From contig CAMBAD010000002.1 of NCBI GenBank assembly GCA_945864085.1, forward strand, positions 14,144 to 78,143: a stretch of DNA of 64,000 nt. Direction: 5' to 3'. How positions within the stretch are numbered: position 1 is the first letter of the stretch; each line of letters opens with the position of its first letter. This DNA is from an uncultured Streptococcus sp. Lineage in GTDB: Bacteria > Bacillota > Bacilli > Lactobacillales > Streptococcaceae. The notes under the pieces are model-generated. The model was given only the letters and a program-made list of their open reading frames with translations. It made no database searches and was not told the origin of the DNA. The position numbers were made by a program, and so were the translations under genes. Positions 20,248-28,551 of the stretch are shown here, one piece after another.

Positions 20248-21105
20248 ATGTTTACTATTTCCAGCATTGTTGAAAAAGCGCAGCAGTTCCTGCGAAAGAC
20301 CCCTGGTGTCTTTCAGATTGCCCTGATTCCAGTTTTTGTATCTGCCTTTGTGCAGCTTGTTTCAACCAGCCGTCAAACAATTTATGAACTCATCCTATCT
20401 GGCGATGTCGACCTCCATCTAAGCTACTTGCTCAGCAGCATGCTCTTTCCTTTCTTGTATGGATTATTGACGGGCCTGCTCCACTTGTCTATTCTCTGGA
20501 CTATTGTGCGGCTAATCAAACAAACAGCCCTTAACTGGGGAGTCGGTAGTGCGGTGAGCATTTTCCATCACCCGCAGTTCAAGCATATTTTGTTTACCTT
20601 TTTGGCAAAGAAATTCTTCCTATTTCTGTGGAGCCTCTTGCTCTATGTCGGCCCGCTTCTGATTTTGGGTTCCATCGTCTGGTTCAATAATCTTGCGCTA
20701 GGTGCAGATGGTCAATTTTCTGGCCAGTTACCGCCAAACAGCCTGTTCTTACTAACTTTGGGCTTCCTCGTCGGGCTGGGCCTCTTGTTTGTGGGGCTTG
20801 CAATCTACATCCCTCAGGTCTATGCCTATGCACAGGTGGAACTGATTTTATTTGATAGCTTGGAACAGGATCGCTATCCTGGCGCCCTGGCCATTATCCG
20901 TTCTAGCCGCAGGCTTATGAAAGGCTATAAGTTCAAGCAATTTGTGCTGGATCTTCGATTTATTGGCTGGTTTATTCTGGGAATCTTGACCTTCGATTTG
21001 ACGGGGCTCTATGTTTGGCCCTATTACTACGCGGCTCGTGTGTACGCCTATCAGGCTATCCTGAAGGAAAAAACTCCGCTGGCTACTGACCCCAAAACAA
21101 GCTGA
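20248..21105 (+). CDS. DUF975 family membrane protein
   Basis: SRRLMKGYKFKQFVLDLRFIGW motif; multiple TMs. Confidence 0.8.
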   Translation: MFTISSIVEKAQQFLRKTPGVFQIALIPVFVSAFVQLVSTSRQTIYELILSGDVDLHLSYLLSSMLFPFLYGLLTGLLHLSILWTIVRLIKQTALNWGVGSAVSIFHHPQFKHILFTFLAKKFFLFLWSLLLYVGPLLILGSIVWFNNLALGADGQFSGQLPPNSLFLLTLGFLVGLGLLFVGLAIYIPQVYAYAQVELILFDSLEQDRYPGALAIIRSSRRLMKGYKFKQFVLDLRFIGWFILGILTFDLTGLYVWPYYYAARVYAYQAILKEKTPLATDPKTS

Positions 21106-21208
21106 TAAATGCGACTGGCTGACAGCTCTGCTATTTTTCTGTCATAAAATATAGAAATAATTGTGTAAATACTGGTATATTTTGCCCATTCGTGCTAAAA
21201 TGAGAACT

Positions 21209-21383
21209 GGGAGTGGGACTATCCTTGCTTGAACCGATACTGCGTTGAAACAGGTTTCTTCCTTTCTACTTTCTAACGCCATGTGTAGTAGCTTGTTTCA
21301 ACCAGCCCACTCCTATTTTAATAGAAATTCGAGAATTAGTTTCGGTATAAAAGAAGTCATCAATTTTATTTGATGGCTTTTTT
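21209..21383 (+). ncRNA. Candidate structured small RNA
   Basis: Extended -10 TGcTAAAAT at 21193-21201; stems 21209-21217/21306-21314 and 21244-21255/21291-21302; terminator at about 21353-21383. Confidence 0.45.
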
Positions 21384-21388
21384 TGTAT

Positions 21389-21586
21389 GCTTGTCCGCTC
21401 TGTATTGGCCGAGAGAGGTTGAAAAGAATGCGGAGTAAGGCGCAACCGCCTTCTACAGGGTGATAGACTGCGAGCATCGAGACCGCAGCCGTGTCGTGCC
21501 AATATCCAGACTGAAATCCTGAGCCCCTGTCCTGTGATTGAGGATGAGAAGTGGAGCTGGACTTGAGTCCTGCAACTTTGCTTTTT
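21389..21586. repeat. GC-rich multi-hairpin non-coding element
   Basis: Stems TATTGGC/GCCAATA, AAGGCG/CGCCTT and CTGCG/CGCAG. Minus-strand TTCTTTTCAACCT resembles a motif in the 18800 and 21785 elements. Confidence 0.4.
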
Positions 21587-21593
21587 TGTATGT

Positions 21594-21628
21594 AAAAACG
21601 AGGTTGGTTCATCTGTCCAGCCTCGTTT
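21594..21628. terminator. Terminator ending the CRISPR transcript
   Basis: AAACGAGGTTGG/CCAGCCTCGTTT stem directly beyond the trailer repeat, with a T-run on the minus strand. Confidence 0.7.
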
Positions 21629-21631
21629 ATT

Positions 21632-22149
21632 AGAGCTTTTTCTTGTGTGGTTCATGCAATTTCTGGTCTGACTTCTAAATCCTTTATCGCTCCTAAGTTT
21701 CAATTCCTTATAGGGTTCATGTAATGCAAAATCAGCGTTAAGCTGGTTTGTCCGTACTTCGGGCCTGTTTCAATTCCTTATAGGTTCCACATTTTAATCA
21801 CAATCTTCCAAAACAGTTTGACGCAGTGGTTGGCTGGCTTTAGTCGGCGTCTGCGACTTGTCTAAAACCTGGGGTGACAAACTGCGTTTGTTCTATTTCC
21901 AACCTTCAACTGCCCCTCAGACAGTCGAAGCTGTGCGGGGGTGCTGCGACGAACCTGATCATTGGGGTTCGGTAGCACTCCCAATTCCTTATAGGGTTCA
22001 TGCAATTCGCCGCGACGCTTTATGGCTTGGGAGAAGTTGGTTTTTATATAAATGTTTCAATTCCTTATAGGGTTCATGCAATGGAAGGCTATTACTGGAA
22101 GGCCTTTAATCGGGCTGCCCGTTTCAATTCCTTATAGGGTTCATGCAAT
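21632..22149 (-). CRISPR. CRISPR array: 29-nt repeat ATTGCATGAACCCTATAAGGAATTGAAAC, 4 spacers, one repeat split by an insertion
   Basis: Repeats at 22121-22149, 22054-22082, split 21982-22006 plus 21767-21784, 21697-21725 (1 mismatch) and a degenerate trailer at 21632-21660. Spacers are 38, 47, 41 and 36 nt. The ATTGAAAC handle gives the orientation. Confidence 0.93.
21785..21981. mobile_element. 197-bp streptococcal interspersed repeat inserted in a CRISPR repeat
   Basis: Flanked by direct copies of CAATTCCTTATAGG (21771-21784 and 21982-21995). Contains GACGCAGTGGTTG, TTCTATTTCCAACCTTCAAC and CTGTGCGGGGGTG...CGACGAA...CACTC. Confidence 0.75.
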
Positions 22150-22352
22150 AACAGATTTGACAAGGGTTTGTCCTCTGTTTAGGCTTAGTATAGCAGATTT
22201 TTTAAGGTTTTTCAAGGTTTTTTCCGTTCAACCCCTTTTTAGGAAATGCCTTTGTGGCGGGCTTTTGGAGGCTTTGAAAAACCATAAAAATCATCGAACG
22301 GATTTTGACCCCAAAACGACCAATTTTGACGACCAATTTCCGTTCGACCCCA
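22150..22352 (-). promoter_or_regulatory. CRISPR leader with sigma-A promoter
   Basis: TTGAAA (22215-22210), 17 nt, TGc-TATACT (22192-22187); the -10 box lies about 40 nt before the first repeat. Confidence 0.8.
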
Positions 22353-22718
22353 CTAAGTTGTGTAGCGATAGCCCTTGTAGGCAGTGCCTTCCCTCAAAAA
22401 TGTATTCAGTTTATACACTTCCGCTCGCATGACATCACTGTAACGGAGTTTCCGCTCATGAACTGTGATAACCGTACGCAACTTTTCCTTTAGGGCTCTC
22501 AGGAAAATCCGCTTACCAGCCGCGTTAAGATAAACACCAGTTTCATGATTAATCTCAACCTCTTCAAAATGCTTCTCCAAGCGAGTTTCCTGACGATTAA
22601 TCAAAGCAAAAATCGTTCGGTCAACCAAGATAGGATTGAAAATATCCGCAATATCTAATTGCAAACTCTCAGCCCTCCTACTCGCAGAATGTAGAAAAGA
22701 AAAGCGGATGTCTAAAGT
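22353..22718 (-). pseudogene. cas1: C-terminal remnant of cas1 (I-B-like clade)
   Basis: Reads TLDIRFSFLHSASRRAESLQLDIADIFNPILVDRTIF...GVYLNAAGKRIF...YKGYRY. The N-terminal part is missing and no cas2 is seen. Confidence 0.85.
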
Positions 22719-24560
22719 TTATTCCTTTCCTTTAATGGTTCCCTTTTGTGGATACGGAGCTAACACTTCTTTGATATAAGGTTTGTTCATTTGTGTCTTA
22801 TTTTTAGAAAACCAACTAAAACCTTCAGAATTATCATCAATTTTCGGATAAGCCACAATCCTCTTCTCCTCTTCTGTCAAAGGCGTCATATAAGCACTAA
22901 TTGAGGCTAAAGCTTTCTTCTTCTCATCGGAAACAGAGATCGATTTTGAACTCTTTTCTCTTTTTATCTCGCCGTTATCTAAATAGTATTTGAGAACTTT
23001 TACACCATCAACTTTAATCTTGACAACGCCCATTCCAAATGGTTTCCCTCTACCAATTCGATGGCGAGCATTCTCCTCCAATTCCAGACATATTATTAGC
23101 CACTCAAGTTCATCATCTGTCAAATCTTCATAATAAATATCAAACTGACAACTTCCACCCTCCAAACACCTTACCTTGCTGGTCATATTCAGCTTTTCTT
23201 TCTCTTCATCTGGTCTGTCTTGACCATGCCAGTAAACCTTTCGTCCAGCAAGTTTCGGAATCCATTCTTTTCTATCCGAATCTTTTACTCCATCATTTGC
23301 CTGACCGCTAATGTAGTAGTCATAATTCCATATGCGTGCATTTTTACCATCCGGCTCGCGGAGGTAAAACTCTGTCGCAGAATAATGAGGTGTTCCAAGA
23401 ATAGGTAGGATGGTCGGATTCTCAAATGTTGGATTCTGAATCACGTCACTATCACAAAATCTTAACCTAGAAGCCAACGCTTTCCCCTTACCATCTTGAC
23501 CAATCTTTCCGAATAGACGACAGGCAGGACACCATTCATCATTTTCACCATCACAGGGCTGATGCACTTCATGCCCTTCTCTGAGTATGTCTGAAATTGT
23601 GTGATGAAAAACCTCACGAGTAATGCAGGCTGGTGATAGGTAGCAGTTATTATTTACAGTTGTATAGTAAACTGGCAGCAAACTTGCCGCTTTCTCCTCT
23701 CTTACTTGGTTCTTAATAGCATAGTAACTATTTACATAATCTGAATGACCCATAGATTCTTTTTCAGGTTTAGCATTTTTCAGATATGTGTTGAGAAGAA
23801 ATTCGAACCGCTCAATATCTCCGTCATTTAGAGAGCACAGTTCTTGACCTTGCTTATAAAATACCCCATCGTATTTCTTTCTATCACTAAATTTTTCACC
23901 GATTAGCAAATAGCCCTCTTCATAGCCATCTTTTTCCTCTTTCTTCATGTCTATTACAACATTTACTGAACCTGTCTTTCCATCTTTGTTTTTTTTCTTT
24001 TGCGTTTGAATGTAGACCTTGCTGGTTGAAAAAAACTTTCCATGCTTCAACTCGTCTTTAGAATAAAACCTTACCTCAGTATCATCTTCTGTTTTATCTA
24101 CTTCCCTGCCTTTATGAGTATAAAGCAAAGCCTTTTCACAAGAATACAGTTTATTTTCTTTCATATCCCATAAGGCAGGCTTTTTGGGCAAAGTTGTACG
24201 CATGTGAGTCAAATTCTTTCTATCAATCACTGATAAACAAGAATTTGTTAGCTGCTCATAAACATTCCGAATCATGCCACGGATTTCACTACCGGGAATT
24301 CTAGGCTCTGTGGGTGCCTGATCTGGAAGAGAACCAGTTTGATTAGAAAGATCATCATAAGAGAAAAATTCCTCTGCCTTACAAGTTTTTCCATCACTTG
24401 TAAAGGTAAACTGACCACTGGTATTGGGAATGAAAGTCGGTTTTTCGATGGTTAAAGTACAGGTAATTTTCCCTGTCAATTTTCCTCGAACTAGATTTTC
24501 ACGAGCTGGCTTATCGTCACTAATAGGTAAAAAAGTATAGGGATTGATAAAATCTGTCAT
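22719..24560 (-). CDS. cas7: Type III-D Cas7 with large insertion (TIGR03986-like RAMP)
   Basis: FINPYTFLP, IPGSEIRGMIR, CPACRLFG, GRKVYWH and IGRGKPFGMG motifs. Confidence 0.9.
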   Translation of the reverse strand: MTDFINPYTFLPISDDKPARENLVRGKLTGKITCTLTIEKPTFIPNTSGQFTFTSDGKTCKAEEFFSYDDLSNQTGSLPDQAPTEPRIPGSEIRGMIRNVYEQLTNSCLSVIDRKNLTHMRTTLPKKPALWDMKENKLYSCEKALLYTHKGREVDKTEDDTEVRFYSKDELKHGKFFSTSKVYIQTQKKKNKDGKTGSVNVVIDMKKEEKDGYEEGYLLIGEKFSDRKKYDGVFYKQGQELCSLNDGDIERFEFLLNTYLKNAKPEKESMGHSDYVNSYYAIKNQVREEKAASLLPVYYTTVNNNCYLSPACITREVFHHTISDILREGHEVHQPCDGENDEWCPACRLFGKIGQDGKGKALASRLRFCDSDVIQNPTFENPTILPILGTPHYSATEFYLREPDGKNARIWNYDYYISGQANDGVKDSDRKEWIPKLAGRKVYWHGQDRPDEEKEKLNMTSKVRCLEGGSCQFDIYYEDLTDDELEWLIICLELEENARHRIGRGKPFGMGVVKIKVDGVKVLKYYLDNGEIKREKSSKSISVSDEKKKALASISAYMTPLTEEEKRIVAYPKIDDNSEGFSWFSKNKTQMNKPYIKEVLAPYPQKGTIKGKE

Positions 24561-24574
24561 ATAACTTCTCCTTA

Positions 24575-25099
24575 CTACTCACTATCTTGGTAGGGTTTGG
24601 CTTCCATAATTTTAAATGTGACAAATCGCCAGTCAATAAGTTTCAAATCCCCACCCTCTTTGCTAAAATAATTCCTTACTTGTATAAAGGCCGTCTTGCC
24701 TTTTTCAACCTCAATGGGCAAAGTCAGTTCAATTCCCCTATCCTCACTAAGAAGGGTATTGGTTTCGGACACCTGATTTTTCGCAGGATCACCCCAAACT
24801 TTATGATATTCCTCATAGATTAGCAATTCTGTATCGCCTTTTTCATCCATTCTAACACGCCCGATATAATTTCCATCTGGTAATCTAGTTAAATAGAGTT
24901 CCTTGTTTGTATCAAAGGCTCTCACTTCTAGTAGAAAAGCATTTTCCCGACTTGTAGGCAACTGCATTTCTTCGCAGGAAACAATCTCTACACCATCGCT
25001 CCAATAACAAACTGCATACTTGTAGTCTGAGAGCTCAATAGACTCACTACGACTGATTGGTTCATCCTTACTTTTTATTGTTTTAAACATCTCAGCCAT
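24575..25099 (-). CDS. csx19: Csx19 (type III-D signature protein)
   Basis: 174 aa after RBS AGGAGG; LLEVRAFD..KELY, VWG, VRNYF and DWRFV; position between the Cas7 genes. Confidence 0.8.
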   Translation of the reverse strand: MAEMFKTIKSKDEPISRSESIELSDYKYAVCYWSDGVEIVSCEEMQLPTSRENAFLLEVRAFDTNKELYLTRLPDGNYIGRVRMDEKGDTELLIYEEYHKVWGDPAKNQVSETNTLLSEDRGIELTLPIEVEKGKTAFIQVRNYFSKEGGDLKLIDWRFVTFKIMEAKPYQDSE

Positions 25100-26540
25100 T
25101 GCTACCTCCTTTTTCAAACATTCCTCCACCAACTGCGGTCTGACCGCCAATAGCCAAGTAGCCCTCTTCCAAATCTTGAATACAACTTTCTAACAGACTG
25201 GAGATAAATTTTTTCTGATTGCTATCCACCGCATTTCCGTTAAATATCAAAGGATTAGCCAACTGAATTTCCAACTGACAAGTGGTTTTATTCCCTTTTC
25301 GGTAGGCTAGCATATTGCTAAAGAGTAGACCGTTTGAAGCACCACCAGTAAAGCGATCAACTGCTGTACGAGTTCGGACTATCTCTGCAATCTCTTTCTC
25401 GTTGAACACACTTTCTCTGAAGGCAATCTGTGAAGCCTGAGCTGCCTTGCTTGCCTTATCAACAAAGCCAAATAGTTGGCGGATAAAGCCATCTGAATCA
25501 AATTTATCATCATTGCTGCAGAATTCAGGGAATATAAAAAATAGCACAGCCACATCAAGCGAATCTACTATCCGTTTCATTTGTTGACGGAAAACCCCAG
25601 CCCAGCTAGTTCCAGGAATGACCACCTGACCACGACCATTCTTCAGAGGACCAGCAGTAATCTCAGCTTGTCCCTTACTCTGTTGAATGCCGTAGTCACG
25701 AATAAAGAGGAAACTTTTCAGTTGGAGGGTGTGGGAATAGAGTGATTTATTGGGCTTATTTTGAGGCTCAAAGGTTGTCCAACCCTGTTTAAATTTCTCC
25801 AATTTCTTAGTATCTTTCCACAGCCTGAAGTCTGCCCACTGACTATGTACAAAAATATAATCTTTCAACTCGTTGTCATCAGGTCTAGTCGAAGATGACT
25901 TTTTCCCCTGTTTATTCTTTGATTTATTTTTCTTAGGCTTCGTAGCCTCTATTTTTTTTAGGTTAAATTTACGTCTTTGTAAGCCTTCTTTTTTGTCGGA
26001 AAATATGAGTTTAAAATAACCATAGCCTCTATTGGTTTTTCCACCGATACGGATTTCTCCCTGATTAAAACCGTTTACTAATGTTTGAATGCAATCATTA
26101 ACTAACTGCTCTTCGTCCTTATCATCGTCAATACGAAATTCTATACGAAAAGCAAACTCTGCACCTGCCTCTACAATTTCAAAGTCAAATTTATGATTAT
26201 CCTCAGCTACTTTATTTGTTAGACTCACTGAATCCCGAATTCGTCTCTTGCTATCCCAAATCAAAAAACTATCGTAAAAGATAACTTTACTCTGCTTATC
26301 CAGACTGGAAATCTTGCCTACCTTGCCACTTCCAAAAATCTTATCCACTTTATCTTGAGGCCACTTACTCTCAAGGTAGGCACGACAAACACCTGCCAAG
26401 CTAGTACCTGGGATAAACACTTCTCCCTTGTGGTCAACCAACAAATCCTTATCAGAGTAGGTATCCTCGCCATTACCAATCATAAAGGGCGACTCAGCCC
26501 GCAAGCGACTAATACACAAATATCGTTTACTATTCGTCAT
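25092..26540 (-). CDS. cas7: Cas7-Cas7 fusion (two Csm3-like RAMP domains)
   Basis: Two IPGTS motifs (FIPGTSLAG, VIPGTSWAG) and two G-loops (IGGKTNRGYG, IGGQTAVGGG). Confidence 0.88.
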   Translation of the reverse strand: MTNSKRYLCISRLRAESPFMIGNGEDTYSDKDLLVDHKGEVFIPGTSLAGVCRAYLESKWPQDKVDKIFGSGKVGKISSLDKQSKVIFYDSFLIWDSKRRIRDSVSLTNKVAEDNHKFDFEIVEAGAEFAFRIEFRIDDDKDEEQLVNDCIQTLVNGFNQGEIRIGGKTNRGYGYFKLIFSDKKEGLQRRKFNLKKIEATKPKKNKSKNKQGKKSSSTRPDDNELKDYIFVHSQWADFRLWKDTKKLEKFKQGWTTFEPQNKPNKSLYSHTLQLKSFLFIRDYGIQQSKGQAEITAGPLKNGRGQVVIPGTSWAGVFRQQMKRIVDSLDVAVLFFIFPEFCSNDDKFDSDGFIRQLFGFVDKASKAAQASQIAFRESVFNEKEIAEIVRTRTAVDRFTGGASNGLLFSNMLAYRKGNKTTCQLEIQLANPLIFNGNAVDSNQKKFISSLLESCIQDLEEGYLAIGGQTAVGGGMFEKGGSNG

Positions 26541-28551
26541 CTTTTTTCCCCTTATACCAAAGTTTAATTGCTGTCAGGATATATTGAAAATAGTGTAAGA
26601 AGTAATTTTCTTTTTCATTTACCAGTTTCTCATTTTCATTACAAACATTATCAAAACTGTTCACAATCTGCTCACAAACCAGTTCTTCCCTTGTCGGATA
26701 ATGCGACACTTCTCTATCGGTAGAATAAAATGCTTTTACTTTTTCCTTACAGAGGGAATCTTTTGAATCTCTAGCTTGTAATGACTGGTAAAGACCAGTC
26801 AAACGGAGCATGGAGGAACTACTAATGCCGTTTAGTATCGTTGATTCTAAAGAGAATAATTGATAGGCTCCAACCTCTAATTTTTGTAACAGGTGATTCC
26901 TATGAATCGCCTGAACTATACTCCGTACTTCTGGGGAATCTTCACCATTTGTGTCAGAAGCAGTTGTTGAACCACCTGTTCCATCTTGTAGACTATAACT
27001 TTCTACACCCCTCGGTTCGATTCGATACTGACCATAACCCTCTTCTTGAAGAAAACCAATAAAGCCTTCCTTTTGTATCGGACTACCACCACTCACACAG
27101 ACCTGAGTCCCCTTGGCAAAAGCATAGTAGCGACGACGCGGCATTTTCCACTTCCCATTGTAGCCACCTGTTAACTCTGTTGCTGTGTAAATTCCTGACT
27201 CCTCAATTTTACCGTTTGTAAACAATTCCAAGACACGAGCTCTCAAGGTATCCAAGTTTAAAGTATTTAATCCTTTTTCATCATAAAGAACAGTATCAGA
27301 TAAAAAGGTAACTACCCAGTCAGTCTCACCATCCTGCTTTGACTGGTCACTTATTTCTGGAGAAGAAAATTCCAGTCGACACTGGCCAAACTGGATTCCT
27401 GACGACGCTCCCAGACGAATTTGTTGAGAACGCTCAGAAACAATCGGTAACAACTGTTGCCAAAGTGCAGTATCAGCAACATAAATATGACCTGCAAAGG
27501 TCTGCCCAGCCTTCAATATTGGGAGCGTAAATAGGTCATTCTGCCCCTTTGTGGTCACATGATAGCTAATCCCCTTCTGGACACGGTACTCTCTGTACTC
27601 CTTTTTATTTCTATCCAGCCAGACATAGCCTGATTTTTTGACATACTGTGTCCCCGCCTCACGCTGGAAACCATCTGCTTGTGAACTCAGTCTTGTTTCA
27701 TTCTTTGCTGTAATAAAACTATGTGGCAGAGGATAATATATCTGCCCCTCTACAAAGGGATACGCATTGCCAAACCTTACCTTTGTCAGCAAGGTTTGTA
27801 TCTGTTCTTTCTGTTCTGGGGGAATGCGACCTGCAAACCACCCCTGTAATGCTGTACCAGCAATATAGTCCTTGTCTGACACCATATCAGTTTCCAAGGT
27901 AATCTTATATACAAGCTTGTTGGTTGTGTAACTCTTATCCTTATCCAAATCTTGACCAGGGGCGACTGGAACATTTTCAAGACTACAAACAACCTCTCCA
28001 AATCCTCGAGTCCGACTAAGACCGATTTGGTTTAACAAACTGACCGCACGTTCTATATTTCTCTCTGCGTCTTGTGGGTAACTAATCTGAGCTTGAAAAA
28101 TTGTTCCCTTTGGTACTGCTCCAATCGTCCTCAAACTTTTATCCTTTGCCACTCCCTTTTCAATCGCTGTAGCATGTCGGGCCACAGTATAGACGTTTTG
28201 CACTGTCGCAGGGGTATAGATACCATCCTTCAAAAAATATTGGTTCAAGGCTCGTTTTATTGAGTCTGCATTTTGGATATGTGCATTACTGACGGTGATA
28301 CTGCCAGCCTGACTACCATTTCCAAAAAGTGTATCAATCTTAGACCAATTCAAATACCCACAGTTACTGAGGAATTCCATCTGCTCTCTCAGTAATCCCT
28401 TGATCCGCTTTGCTGGAATATATGGTAGACCATCTTCATCATAAGTCGACAAAATATCAAACCGAACACCATCCCCAGTTCCTGTTCCGCAACACATGTC
28501 CGACTGGAGTCTAATTTTTAATGTTGCTATTTTTATTGTTGCTACTTTCAT
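26530..28551 (-). CDS. csx10: Cas7-Cas5(Csx10)-Cas11 fusion
   Basis: N-terminal RAMP (LPYIPAKRIKGLLRE, GLSRTRGFG), second RAMP (YIAGTALQG, LGASSGIQFG, EEGYGQ), and a helical C-terminal domain. The Cas11 part is inferred. Confidence 0.8.
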   Translation of the reverse strand: MKVATIKIATLKIRLQSDMCCGTGTGDGVRFDILSTYDEDGLPYIPAKRIKGLLREQMEFLSNCGYLNWSKIDTLFGNGSQAGSITVSNAHIQNADSIKRALNQYFLKDGIYTPATVQNVYTVARHATAIEKGVAKDKSLRTIGAVPKGTIFQAQISYPQDAERNIERAVSLLNQIGLSRTRGFGEVVCSLENVPVAPGQDLDKDKSYTTNKLVYKITLETDMVSDKDYIAGTALQGWFAGRIPPEQKEQIQTLLTKVRFGNAYPFVEGQIYYPLPHSFITAKNETRLSSQADGFQREAGTQYVKKSGYVWLDRNKKEYREYRVQKGISYHVTTKGQNDLFTLPILKAGQTFAGHIYVADTALWQQLLPIVSERSQQIRLGASSGIQFGQCRLEFSSPEISDQSKQDGETDWVVTFLSDTVLYDEKGLNTLNLDTLRARVLELFTNGKIEESGIYTATELTGGYNGKWKMPRRRYYAFAKGTQVCVSGGSPIQKEGFIGFLQEEGYGQYRIEPRGVESYSLQDGTGGSTTASDTNGEDSPEVRSIVQAIHRNHLLQKLEVGAYQLFSLESTILNGISSSSMLRLTGLYQSLQARDSKDSLCKEKVKAFYSTDREVSHYPTREELVCEQIVNSFDNVCNENEKLVNEKENYFLHYFQYILTAIKLWYKGKKDDE

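Noticed and set aside
21266-21703. 145-aa and 99-aa minus-strand ORFs
   Set aside because: They run through terminators, a CRISPR repeat and structured non-coding elements, and have no RBS or protein-like features.
22150-22352. A cas2 gene between cas1 and the array
   Set aside because: No Cas2-like reading frame; the region has leader and promoter features.
21858-22493. Plus-strand ORFs over the array and leader
   Set aside because: Translations contain repeat-derived PYRVHA peptides, so they are array artefacts.
22353-24560. A genuine Cas7-Cas1 fusion protein
   Set aside because: A TAA separates the two parts and the Cas1 portion lacks its N-terminal region; a deletion junction is the simpler explanation.
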